This document shows, one piece after another, positions 52,165 to 61,320 of a stretch of DNA of 64,000 nucleotides (its first letter is position 1; each line of letters opens with the position of its first letter). The position numbers were made by a program, and so were the translations under genes. This DNA comes from Candidatus Woesearchaeota archaeon. Its GTDB lineage: Archaea > Nanobdellota > Nanobdellia > Woesearchaeales > ARS49. The notes beneath the pieces were generated by a model, which saw only the letters and a program-made list of their open reading frames with translations, was not told the DNA's origin and did not search any database. The DNA is taken from assembly GCA_017609645.1 (NCBI GenBank), contig JAFCDQ010000002.1, forward strand, positions 65,260-129,259, read 5' to 3'.

Positions 52165-52872
52165 TTAAGCAGACTTTAATTTTAATAATCTAGTTAAAAC
52201 ATATTTTTTATCTATGAATAAAACTTTATCAGAAAGCTTTAATTTATCCACAACAAAATCAAGCACAGTGTTTAATACAACAAAAGAAACAGCAATACCT
52301 GCGCCAAATAAAAATCTCTCATAAGCAACTATAGGAATCAAACCAATCCACTGACTTGCAGTCATAGGCACGGTGTACAACCATAAAACACTTCCAACTG
52401 CATGAGCAGTAAAAGTAGCGCCAAAACTTCTAAACAACAACTTGCCAGGAACTTTCTTTGGCAAAATAACACCTAAAACAGGAATCCACCAAAACATTGC
52501 ATAAACCCAAGCTTGCTTTCCAATTGGATGAAAAATAAACAAAAGAATACAAACCAAAGGAACAATTAATTTTAAACTCTTTTTTTTACTTCCAAAATAA
52601 TAAACAGCCAACAACATTGGCAAAAATCTCAACAAACTCAATAACTGCCATTCTTTTCCAACAATTAAAAAATCAGCTAATTGCGCAAAAAAAACAGAAA
52701 TCGCTCCAAACAAAGGACCTAAAAAACCACCTGCAATAGGACCAAAAAATTGGAATAACGTGAAAAACTGACTATCTGCTCCAACAACAGCAGAGAAATT
52801 AATATTCTTGCCAATTAAAACTAAAGCAAAAAAAATCAACACAAAAATAATCTTTTTTTCCAAGTCTTTCAT
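52165..52872 (-). CDS. Membrane protein, ECF S-component-like
   Basis: FTLFQFFGPIAG.FLGP..G pattern and about seven TM helices. Confidence 0.6.
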   Translation of the reverse strand: MKDLEKKIIFVLIFFALVLIGKNINFSAVVGADSQFFTLFQFFGPIAGGFLGPLFGAISVFFAQLADFLIVGKEWQLLSLLRFLPMLLAVYYFGSKKKSLKLIVPLVCILLFIFHPIGKQAWVYAMFWWIPVLGVILPKKVPGKLLFRSFGATFTAHAVGSVLWLYTVPMTASQWIGLIPIVAYERFLFGAGIAVSFVVLNTVLDFVVDKLKLSDKVLFIDKKYVLTRLLKLKSA

Positions 52873-52898
52873 TAAGTCAATTAGATTAAAGGGCTCGT

Positions 52899-53885
52899 TT
52901 AAATAGTTTTCCAATTCACCATAACATCATCAGTTCGCTCATAAGGCTTAATATCAACGATTTTGAGGTTCTCTTTTCTGCCTGCGTTATATTCAAGAAT
53001 TCCTTGCCAAGCAATCATCGCACCTTGATCACCAGCATAATCTAAAGAAACTGCTTTGAAACTTGCTTTTCTATCTTTGCACATTAATTCTAACATCTTG
53101 CATAAACGCTTGTTAGCAGCAACTCCCCCAATTAAAAGAAGTTCATTTTTATCAGTATGAGCTATGGCCCGCTCTGAAACTTCAGCAAGCATAGCAAAAA
53201 AAGTTTCTTGGATGCTGAAACAAATATCTTCAAGCTTTTTATTTTCTTTAAAGAGTTTGATTGCTTTTGTAATAATGCCTGAAAAAGAAACATCCATTCC
53301 CTTGACAGAATAAGGAAGCTCAATATATTTACCTTCTTTAGCAAGCTTTTCTATTTTTGGTCCGCCAGGAAAACCCAATCCAACTTCTCTAGCAAATTTA
53401 TCTAAAGCATTACCTAAGCCAAGATCTAAAGTTTCGCCAAAAATTCTAAACTTTCCTCCTGCAAAGGCAATTATTTGCGTGTTGACACCGCTGACGTATA
53501 AGTAAACAGGATCTTTAGTTTTGCACATTAAATCACCAATAGTAAGATGTGCGATACAATGATTGATACCTATTAATGGAATATTATATTTTTCAGCTAA
53601 TTGTTTTGCGAAGTTCATTCCTATAATAAGACAAGGAGATAAACCAGGACCTTGAGAAAAAGAAATCAGGCTGATGTCTTGCATTGTTATTTTAGCTTTT
53701 TTTAGAGCTTGTTTTAGAACTTTATCTTTAACTTTCTCATGATGCTCGGCAACAGCTGAAGGAATCATACCACCATGTTTTGTAGTGAAAACTTCTTTCT
53801 CGTTAGCAAGAATTTCTCCTTTGAATGAAACAATACCTATGCCAAAAGAATGCGCAGTACTTTCAATGCCTAATGCTAATTTCAT
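52899..53885 (-). CDS. kae1: tRNA N6-adenosine threonylcarbamoyltransferase Kae1
   Basis: GIESTAH, HCIAH, GETLD.GLGNALD, GGVAAN and DQGAMIA. Confidence 0.96.
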   Translation of the reverse strand: MKLALGIESTAHSFGIGIVSFKGEILANEKEVFTTKHGGMIPSAVAEHHEKVKDKVLKQALKKAKITMQDISLISFSQGPGLSPCLIIGMNFAKQLAEKYNIPLIGINHCIAHLTIGDLMCKTKDPVYLYVSGVNTQIIAFAGGKFRIFGETLDLGLGNALDKFAREVGLGFPGGPKIEKLAKEGKYIELPYSVKGMDVSFSGIITKAIKLFKENKKLEDICFSIQETFFAMLAEVSERAIAHTDKNELLLIGGVAANKRLCKMLELMCKDRKASFKAVSLDYAGDQGAMIAWQGILEYNAGRKENLKIVDIKPYERTDDVMVNWKTI

Positions 53886-53919
53886 GATAAATTAGAAAAT
53901 AAGCATTTTATTTAAAATA

Positions 53920-54771
53920 TTATCTCTTCTTATGATAAATAGATGCAATAATAAAGAGAATCACAGCCAAAATCAACAAAATAGGAAAAAACAATCTCTT
54001 GAATGTCTTCTCTCGTTTCAATTGTTCTTCTTTAAGACTTAACTTATTTTCTTCAGAAGATTCTTGTTCTAAAAATTTTGATGCAGGAATTTCTTCACTA
54101 ATTTCCACTTTAACTTCTTCTCCAAAAACAAAATCCAAATTTGATTTAACAAGCTTCTCGACAAACAAATCAACTAAATATCCATTAGATACGCGCTTGA
54201 CAACAATCATTACATCATCAATACCATTCTTATCTAAATCAACCAAAACTTTTTCGCCAGACTTAAGCGAGAATTTCTGAGGAATGCTTGCAACTGTAAA
54301 CTCAACAGAATCAACAGTAATAGAATCAATAGTAATAGAATGATCAATATTATTAATCTTAAAATCAATCTTATCATTCTTTCTTAAAGCAGTAAACGAT
54401 TCTTGATCAGAAACCATCTGAAGAACAACAGCCTGAGAATAAACAGTGCTTTGCCCGCTGCTGCTGCCGCCCTTTCCAGGACCTGGCGGTGGAACAACAC
54501 AAAATTCAGCACTATCTCTAGTAGCATTAGGAGTATCAAATAATTCCTGAGAAATAAAAGAAGCACCATTTAAACAAGTAACATTATCAAGAGTAATTCT
54601 AGAAGGTTCAACAGTAACCTTATCTGCAGTAACAGCAATAGAAAAAGTAATAGTTGAATTTGAAGTTGTTGCATTTAAAATATCGCCCCAGCTCAAATGA
54701 ACTGCAGCATTAACTAAAGGAACAATCAAAACAACCCCCACTAATAAAATAAAAAATAATCTTTTTTGCAT
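53920..54771 (-). CDS. Cell-surface protein with signal peptide and C-terminal TM
   Basis: Signal peptide, PPPGPGKGGSSS linker, VDLDKNGIDD and a C-terminal TM plus basic tail. Confidence 0.75.
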   Translation of the reverse strand: MQKRLFFILLVGVVLIVPLVNAAVHLSWGDILNATTSNSTITFSIAVTADKVTVEPSRITLDNVTCLNGASFISQELFDTPNATRDSAEFCVVPPPGPGKGGSSSGQSTVYSQAVVLQMVSDQESFTALRKNDKIDFKINNIDHSITIDSITVDSVEFTVASIPQKFSLKSGEKVLVDLDKNGIDDVMIVVKRVSNGYLVDLFVEKLVKSNLDFVFGEEVKVEISEEIPASKFLEQESSEENKLSLKEEQLKREKTFKRLFFPILLILAVILFIIASIYHKKR

Positions 54772-54780
54772 TTTATCATT

Positions 54781-56331
54781 TTAATTTACAGTACAATTAT
54801 GCGCAATAAGCAAACCATCTTCATAATACTGCCAACAACTACCTGCTCCCCCTGTGGTGATATTTAAAGTCAATCCTGTAGAACCATTACTTGAAACAAA
54901 AGTATCAGCTTTAATATAACCTGCTTCAATAACCATATCTCCTTGAGTTAAATTAAATATATCACCCGCAGTATTAAGTGTAACCCAGAAATCATCATCA
55001 TGCTGGTCTAATTCTGTTGATTTACTACCATTATAAATCTCAATGTCTGTATCTCCTGACTGGCCCATAATAATATCAGCTTTAACATCATAATTCATCC
55101 AAATATTTCTATCACCAGTATAACCGAGCCAAAAATTAGTATAATCATTAGCAAAAGCAAAATAATCAGGAAAAGTCTTATCTCTTCCTATGTAAGTATT
55201 ACTTGGATCATCAAACTCAACATAAGTAGCATGCATATCTCCATTCATCCATAAATTACCATCAACAGGACTATTAACATAAACATAACTTCCTGTTCCA
55301 TTAGAACCATTAACAGCAACTATATCATCAAAATGAGAAATAACCACATTGGATGCATTCATTGCATCAGCAACAAAATTATTATCAAAACCGTCAATCA
55401 AAATTCTATTTGCTGTTGCATGAAGTTCACCTCCCCCATCAGTATAAATAACATAAGCAGTTCCTCTACTACCACTAACTCCAGAAGGAGTTATTAAATG
55501 AATATGATTATCTCTGACATCAGTAGTGTTTTTATCACTTGTAGTAACAACTCCTGCTACTAAACCCCCGAAGTTTGCACTGCTTGCAACTATATCAATT
55601 GTGTTTCCCTGAGCAGTTAAATCTTCAGTAGTATTAGTATACCAACCAATTGCTGTTACTCGATCATTAGCAGCAACACCTGCAATATCCATTAATACTG
55701 CGGAATTACTCATACTTCCTATGGCTTCATTTTGGGTATTCATTCCAATATGATCTCCTCCTCCAGTGCCGGTTTGATCATACTGAATTGCACTTTCTCT
55801 CATGACAATAAAGCAATTATTTTCTAAATTAACCGCATTTCCATTACCATTATTCACATCATAATCAACCGTCACATCATTAATTATATGAATTCCTCCT
55901 GAACAATTAATACCAACCTGTCCTGTCCCTGTTGTTTGCATTTTAACAATTAAATTTCTAATATGCGACCGTGGATAACCAAATCCAGAACCCATTGTTA
56001 AAGTAGCAGAAGTTCCATTAATAACCACTCCTGCAGAACCACCCATTCCTTGAAGATTAACTCCATTCTTTAAAACCACATCTTCATTATAAACACCAGG
56101 ATAAATAAGAATATTATATTTCATTCCAGTACCAACTGTAATACTATCAATCGCTCCCTGAATTGTTGTGAAATCTGCTCCTTTTTTAGCAACAGTAACA
56201 GTATTGTTATACATCTCAAGATAAGAACCAGTAGTAGTGATAGAAGTATCAGTAATAACTGTTGTAGCAGTAGCTAACAAAGCCATAAAAAGAATTCCAA
56301 AAATTGTCCAAACTATGTTTCTACTTGTCAT
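54781..56331 (-). CDS. Secreted pectin-lyase-like beta-helix protein
   Basis: VTVAKKGADFTTIQGAID...IYPGVYNE capping motif followed by beta-helical G/N/T/D-rich sequence. Confidence 0.75.
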   Translation of the reverse strand: MTSRNIVWTIFGILFMALLATATTVITDTSITTTGSYLEMYNNTVTVAKKGADFTTIQGAIDSITVGTGMKYNILIYPGVYNEDVVLKNGVNLQGMGGSAGVVINGTSATLTMGSGFGYPRSHIRNLIVKMQTTGTGQVGINCSGGIHIINDVTVDYDVNNGNGNAVNLENNCFIVMRESAIQYDQTGTGGGDHIGMNTQNEAIGSMSNSAVLMDIAGVAANDRVTAIGWYTNTTEDLTAQGNTIDIVASSANFGGLVAGVVTTSDKNTTDVRDNHIHLITPSGVSGSRGTAYVIYTDGGGELHATANRILIDGFDNNFVADAMNASNVVISHFDDIVAVNGSNGTGSYVYVNSPVDGNLWMNGDMHATYVEFDDPSNTYIGRDKTFPDYFAFANDYTNFWLGYTGDRNIWMNYDVKADIIMGQSGDTDIEIYNGSKSTELDQHDDDFWVTLNTAGDIFNLTQGDMVIEAGYIKADTFVSSNGSTGLTLNITTGGAGSCWQYYEDGLLIAHNCTVN

Positions 56332-56402
56332 CAAAGTAATCACAACCCTTTTTCAAGAATAAGTAGATGTTTTTGTTTATAAAAGTATCGACATAATTAG
56401 CT

Positions 56403-56498
56403 TCTGCTTTTGCTAACTTTATCAGACCAAAAACTAGGTAAAACAGTATTACAAAAAGCTTCTGTAGTAGAATCAAACAAATAAAAATGAGCATTTCT
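56403..56498. repeat. 96-bp direct repeat, copy 1 (orphan 3' end of the ATPase gene)
   Basis: Matches 57475-57570 with three mismatches; in-frame stop at 56397-56399. Confidence 0.93.
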
Positions 56499-56562
56499 TT
56501 GAAGGTCTTCACTGGACAGTTCATAAACAAATTTATAACAAAAAAAACATTTAACTCTTATC

Positions 56563-57465
56563 ATGATAGAATATTACAAAAAAAACTTAAAAGACAAACA
56601 AATCCGGAAATTAAAAAAATTTGAAAACGACTGCTGGATAAATGCAATAAATCCAACAAAAAATGAAATAAACTACTTAATAAAAACCTACAAATTAGAC
56701 GAACAAGCTCTTTCCAACGGTCTGAAACAAAACCAAATACCAAGAATCGAATTCATCAACAAAAAAACATACATAGTTCTTAACGTTCTGCAGGAAAACA
56801 AAAAAAAATTTGACACCTTTTTAATAATCACAAATGGAAATTTCATATTAACTCTTGCAAGAAACAAACCAAATTTCCTGGTAAAAATCATCAAGAATCA
56901 AATTGAATTGATAACAACACAAAAAACAGAATGCCTGCTTAAATTATTCAAGAGCATAGATAAAGATTTTGAAAAATCCACAATGTACGTAGTCAATTCA
57001 ATAAATTCAAAAAAAAGAAAATTAATCAAATTAAAAGAAGACGACATAAATAACCTCCTAAAGGAAGAAGAAATTATAAACAGCATTGTATCGTCTTATT
57101 ATTATACAAAAAGAATCTATGAACAACTCTCTAAAAAACTGCCAAAAAAAGACAAGCAGAAAATGGAAAATCTGATAGAAGATGCAAAACAAGGCTATGA
57201 ATTAGGAACCACTTCATTAAAAATAATAGCAAACATGAGAAACCATTTCACAATGCTGCAGTCAAACAAACTAAACAAAATAATCACAATACTAACAGTA
57301 TTCACAATACTGCTAAGCATTCCTGCAACCATAGGCGGCATTTATGGAATGAATATGTTACTACCAGGCCAAAGAAGTCCTTTTATGTTCTATTATATCT
57401 TGGCAATAGTTGCAATAATATGGCTGATATTTATTTTATTCTTAAAAAAAGCAAAAATATTCTAA
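56563..57465 (+). CDS. corA: CorA-family Mg2+/Co2+ transporter
   Basis: WINAINP, PRIE, SNKLN..I.ILT, IYGMN signature and two C-terminal TM helices. Confidence 0.92.
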   Translation: MIEYYKKNLKDKQIRKLKKFENDCWINAINPTKNEINYLIKTYKLDEQALSNGLKQNQIPRIEFINKKTYIVLNVLQENKKKFDTFLIITNGNFILTLARNKPNFLVKIIKNQIELITTQKTECLLKLFKSIDKDFEKSTMYVVNSINSKKRKLIKLKEDDINNLLKEEEIINSIVSSYYYTKRIYEQLSKKLPKKDKQKMENLIEDAKQGYELGTTSLKIIANMRNHFTMLQSNKLNKIITILTVFTILLSIPATIGGIYGMNMLLPGQRSPFMFYYILAIVAIIWLIFILFLKKAKIF

Positions 57466-58335
57466 TTATTTTCCTCTGCTTTTGCTGACTTTATCAGACC
57501 AAAAACTAGGCAAAACAGTATTGCAAAAAGCTTCTGTAGTAGAATCAAACAAATAAAAATGAGCATTTCTCTGACTAACAGGAGTTTGATTGAATTTTTT
57601 AGTAGCAGTTTGATATAAATCCTTCATAACATTACGCTCCATCTTTTGCTGCAACAAAGAACCTTCTTTAACCATAATAACATCTGTCAAATTAAGAACT
57701 GTTTTATCAATCATGCCAGTATTTTGAGTTACTAAAATTAATGTTAAATCTTTATGCCTTGCAATTGCTAAAAGATCTGACAATTCTTTGTTCTGCTTGC
57801 TCATACTTTTTCTAGAACTAAAAGTTACAGCTCCTTCATCAACAAGAATCACACCAGAATCAGCTGCTTCATCAATAGAACTAATACTATCAATCCAATT
57901 AGGAAGAATAGCTTGTTTAACGCCAAGAGCAAAACAAGGACGCTTAGTCTTTGAATGGATGTTTTCTAACAATCTAAAGCCAAGAGCACTTTTTCCAGAG
58001 CCACGTCTGCCAACAACAGTCATGATCAAACTTTGATTAAGCAATCTTTTTTCAAACTCTTTGAAATTACCTTTAATATTAGCTGCAATATTTAATGCAG
58101 AGAAAACAGCAGGAACTTTTAAGCCAGTTTCTTTAACTTTTTTAGTTTTGGTTTTAGTTTCTGATTTAAAACCAGAGAATAATTTGTTAAAAAGCCAAAC
58201 AAAAGCTTTAATCACGTATTTTGCAGCATAAAATAAACCTAAAGCTATGATTTTAACTAACCAAAGCAAAGCATCAAATATAGATGCAATAAACCAAACA
58301 AACATATTCTTCTTTTTACGTCTTTTCCTAGCCAT
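57466..58335 (-). CDS. Membrane-anchored P-loop ATPase, Zot/FtsK-HerA-like
   Basis: N-terminal hydrophobic helix, GRRGSGKS, ILVDEG and ARHKDLTLILVTQ. Confidence 0.75.
   Translation of the reverse strand: MARKRRKKKNMFVWFIASIFDALLWLVKIIALGLFYAAKYVIKAFVWLFNKLFSGFKSETKTKTKKVKETGLKVPAVFSALNIAANIKGNFKEFEKRLLNQSLIMTVVGRRGSGKSALGFRLLENIHSKTKRPCFALGVKQAILPNWIDSISSIDEAADSGVILVDEGAVTFSSRKSMSKQNKELSDLLAIARHKDLTLILVTQNTGMIDKTVLNLTDVIMVKEGSLLQQKMERNVMKDLYQTATKKFNQTPVSQRNAHFYLFDSTTEAFCNTVLPSFWSDKVSKSRGK
57475..57570. repeat. 96-bp direct repeat, copy 2 (inside the ATPase 3' end)
   Basis: Matches 56403-56498. Confidence 0.93.
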
Positions 58336-58378
58336 AAAATAGAAATTTGAGTTATAAGTTATAAAGTTTTTGCAAAAA

Positions 58379-59062
58379 TCACTCACCTTGTTCAAAATAT
58401 TTTACCAACTCAGTCTTAGACTCTAAAACTTTCATCAACTCATCCAAACTTCCAGTGCCGCTATAAAAATTAAGAGCAGCATTCAATAACTTTTCTTCAA
58501 AATCTCTGACTAACTTTTTACTCTGTAAATCTTCGAAGGCATCTGATTCTTTATCAATCCACTCCTTATATTCTACATCAGCAGCTTCATAAATTTTAAA
58601 AGCAATATTCTGCCAATAAGGCTCTTCAAATTCTTTTTTAGTGCCAAGATTAATTATTCCCATGAAAGGATTAACAATACCCTCAAGAAACTCCTTATTA
58701 AAATAAACATCAGGAATTTCAAAAATATCTTTATATCCAATTAAACTATGCCAACCAAAATATACATCATCTTCCTCGTCAAAATCTGTTACAACAAATT
58801 CACCGAGATCAACCTGAAAAGCTCTAGTATCAGAAGGTCCGCAAAGAGTGCGTTTCTCTTTAGGAATTAATTCTTCATCCACACCTAAAAGCTTCTCAAC
58901 CCTTAAAATAGCATCATAACCATGAACATAAATATCCTTAATATAACGACAATTTTCATCTTCCTGCTCAAGAAAAAAAAGCTCACAAAGAGCTCTTTTA
59001 GCTTTAATTAAAAATTCATCACTGATTTCAATTCTGGCAGTATCTGCATAAACAATCTTCAT
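58379..59062 (-). CDS. Hypothetical acidic protein
   Basis: 227-aa ORF. Confidence 0.65.
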   Translation of the reverse strand: MKIVYADTARIEISDEFLIKAKRALCELFFLEQEDENCRYIKDIYVHGYDAILRVEKLLGVDEELIPKEKRTLCGPSDTRAFQVDLGEFVVTDFDEEDDVYFGWHSLIGYKDIFEIPDVYFNKEFLEGIVNPFMGIINLGTKKEFEEPYWQNIAFKIYEAADVEYKEWIDKESDAFEDLQSKKLVRDFEEKLLNAALNFYSGTGSLDELMKVLESKTELVKYFEQGE

Positions 59063-59100
59063 AGAAAAAAGAAAGTTTAATCTGCTATAAAAACATTTAT

Positions 59101-59841
59101 TTAATGCAATAGATATTTAGTCAAATACATCAAAGCTAAGCCAAACAAGAAAATCAAGAACTGAAAAATAGCTTTCTTAGCTTTACGCTCTTCTTTAATT
59201 TCAGCCAAGAGATCTGCTAAAGCAATATATATGAATCCACCTGCTGCAAAAGGAATCAAATAATTAGTAATGCCTGAGAATATTGTTGCAAAGAAATAAA
59301 TAGCAATTGCACCAAGAACAGCTGTTAAAGCTGAAAGGAAATTAAAGAACAAAGCTTTACCTGTACTAAAACCTGAATGAATCAAAATTCCAAAATCACC
59401 AAGCTCTTGAGGAATTTCATGCAAAGCAACAGCAATAGTTGTAACAATACCTAATTGTATATTTGTAAGAAAAGCAGCACCAATAATAATGCCATCAGTA
59501 AAATTATGAACAGCATCACCGACTAGATTAAGAATACCAACTGGCTTAAGTCTTTTAATTCTTTTTTTATCAATAGAATGATAATGATGCCAATGCAAAA
59601 ACATCTCAATCAAATAAAAAACAATAATACCAATTATAACCATTAAAAAAACAGGGCCTCCTGCTTCAACAGATTCAGGTAAAAGATGGAAGAAAGCACC
59701 TCCTAAAAGACCTCCTGCTGCAAAACTAACAAGAACTGCAATTATTTTATTTAAAGATTTTTTTTGTAAAACTAAAGTAATAACACCAATAAAAGAAATA
59801 ATACTTACAATAAACACTGCAATCAATATATAGCCTAACAT
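59101..59841 (-). CDS. ZIP family zinc/metal transporter
   Basis: HLLPE, HWHHYH loop, HNFTDG and HEIPQELGDF. Confidence 0.93.
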   Translation of the reverse strand: MLGYILIAVFIVSIISFIGVITLVLQKKSLNKIIAVLVSFAAGGLLGGAFFHLLPESVEAGGPVFLMVIIGIIVFYLIEMFLHWHHYHSIDKKRIKRLKPVGILNLVGDAVHNFTDGIIIGAAFLTNIQLGIVTTIAVALHEIPQELGDFGILIHSGFSTGKALFFNFLSALTAVLGAIAIYFFATIFSGITNYLIPFAAGGFIYIALADLLAEIKEERKAKKAIFQFLIFLFGLALMYLTKYLLH

Positions 59842-59924
59842 TGAGTAAATATATTCTACATTACTTATAAAGGTTTTGAAAAAAAGAAAAAAACTGGGTT
59901 TTACAGCTTGTTCTATTTTATTTT

Positions 59925-60350
59925 TTATTTAATATATTCTTTCAAACCTTTAATTACCATCTTAATTCTCATCTCATTATTCTTCCAAGTATCAAAGCTC
60001 ACCATAAGACCTCTGTAATCTATAGAATTTCTTGTATCTTTTAATTCAAGAAGATATTCAAAATCAATGTCTGCTCCTTTATTTTTTAGGTAAGCAAACA
60101 TACATTCATGATCTAAGGCTTTCCAACCGTCTAATGCTAAAATCGCAGTGCACAATTCTTTAATAATTTCATAATAACCTTCTAAAAACAATGAAGGAAA
60201 CTCCTTTGATTTATTTTTAACATTATCCCAAAACAGTTCTCTATGCTCAGCTAAAGCTAATAACTCTTTAGCCAGGCTCTCATCTTTAATTCCTGTTTCA
60301 AGCAGTTTATTATCTTCAATACATTCATCAAATTCTTTTCTTTTTCTCAT
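59925..60350 (-). CDS. HEPN-domain protein (toxin of an MNT-HEPN pair)
   Basis: YEIIKEL..AIL...G...DHEC and RNSIDY motif; directly downstream of MNT. Confidence 0.75.
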   Translation of the reverse strand: MRKRKEFDECIEDNKLLETGIKDESLAKELLALAEHRELFWDNVKNKSKEFPSLFLEGYYEIIKELCTAILALDGWKALDHECMFAYLKNKGADIDFEYLLELKDTRNSIDYRGLMVSFDTWKNNEMRIKMVIKGLKEYIK

Positions 60351-60868
60351 TATATCACCTCTAATTTGCCTGATATAACTAAACCATCATAAATATTCTC
60401 TATCAAACCTTTGCTTAATTTTTTAATATTTTTTTCAAAAAATAACTTAACTTCAAATCCTATCTGCTTATTAAATTTCCTTAAATCCAATCTTTTATAA
60501 TCTGTTTGAACAAATAAATCAACATCACTGCTCTTATGATATGTTCCTTTTCGAACACTGCCAAACAAAACAATCACTTTCGGAGATAATTCCTTTTCCA
60601 AAAAGTCTATTAAACCACTCTTTAAAATCTTTTTAACTAAAATTTCACTTTTTTCATACCTGAACAAACGAGAAAGCCTATTAGCTTCATAAAAACTATA
60701 CTTACCTTTACTCTTTCTCTTAATAACCAACTTGTTTTTAACAAAATCTTTCAAATATTTCATTACAGTCTTAGTATCTAAATGAACAATTCTACTTAAC
60801 TCTCTCACTCCAAATTTACTCATTGGGTTAAGAAAAAACTGCTCTAATAAAATATTCCTACATTCCAT
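60350..60868 (-). CDS. wHTH plus minimal nucleotidyltransferase (MNT antitoxin)
   Basis: VRELSR HTH and LFGS-x10-DVDL. Confidence 0.88.
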   Translation of the reverse strand: MECRNILLEQFFLNPMSKFGVRELSRIVHLDTKTVMKYLKDFVKNKLVIKRKSKGKYSFYEANRLSRLFRYEKSEILVKKILKSGLIDFLEKELSPKVIVLFGSVRKGTYHKSSDVDLFVQTDYKRLDLRKFNKQIGFEVKLFFEKNIKKLSKGLIENIYDGLVISGKLEVI

Positions 60869-60898
60869 AATGTAGGAAAATAATCCTACATTTATAAA
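60855..60898. promoter_or_regulatory. Operator inverted repeats and TATA box of the MNT-HEPN operon
   Basis: TTCCTACATT-ccat-AATGTAGGAA spans the ATG; a third TCCTACATT abuts TTTATAAA. Confidence 0.75.
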
Positions 60899-60933
60899 AC
60901 TTTCGGATTTTTGATTAAAAACAGATGCAAGTC

Positions 60934-61165
60934 TTGAAAAACGCCGACAGCAGGATTACCACCTGGCTAAAGCCAGCTATATCTCCCTTCGGTCGATGAT
61001 GAAAAAAAGAAAAACGCCGACAGCAGGGATTCTCACTAACCTTTTTGAAAAAGGTTAGGATCCAAAAAGCTCGCCAAAAAGGCGAGAATGGTAACCAAGG
61101 TTTTGAAAAACGCCGACAGCAAGATTACCACCTGGCTAAAGCCAGCTATATCTCCCTTCGGTCGA
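60934..61165 (-). repeat. Array of three tRNA-Ser 3'-end copies with palindromic spacers
   Basis: CGCCGACAGCA at 60942, 61015 and 61111; 63-bp units 60934-60996 and 61103-61165 differ at one base. Confidence 0.9.
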
Positions 61166-61188
61166 CTGTTTTTGTTTTTTTTGTTGTA

Positions 61189-61285
61189 CGCCGACAGCAG
61201 GATTTGAACCTGCATATCCCGAAGGAAAAGAGGGTACTCGAGATATATTCGAGCCTCTCGCACTACCAGATTATGCGATGTCGGC
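61189..61285 (-). tRNA. tRNA-Ser(CGA) with a 13-nt canonical intron (61235-61247)
   Basis: 84-nt exon cloverleaf, long variable arm, G73 and CTCG/CGAG central helix at 37/38. Confidence 0.92.
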
Positions 61286-61320
61286 AATAAAAAACAAAAA
61301 GAAAGAGATAGTTTAAAATT

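Noticed and set aside
56321-56530. 69-aa minus-strand ORF upstream of the beta-helix gene
   Set aside because: It overlaps the orphan ATPase 3' duplicate in a different frame and is likely spurious.
60934-61205. CRISPR array
   Set aside because: The repeats are tRNA 3' ends of only about 15 bp, two spacers are nearly identical and palindromic, and no cas operon is present.
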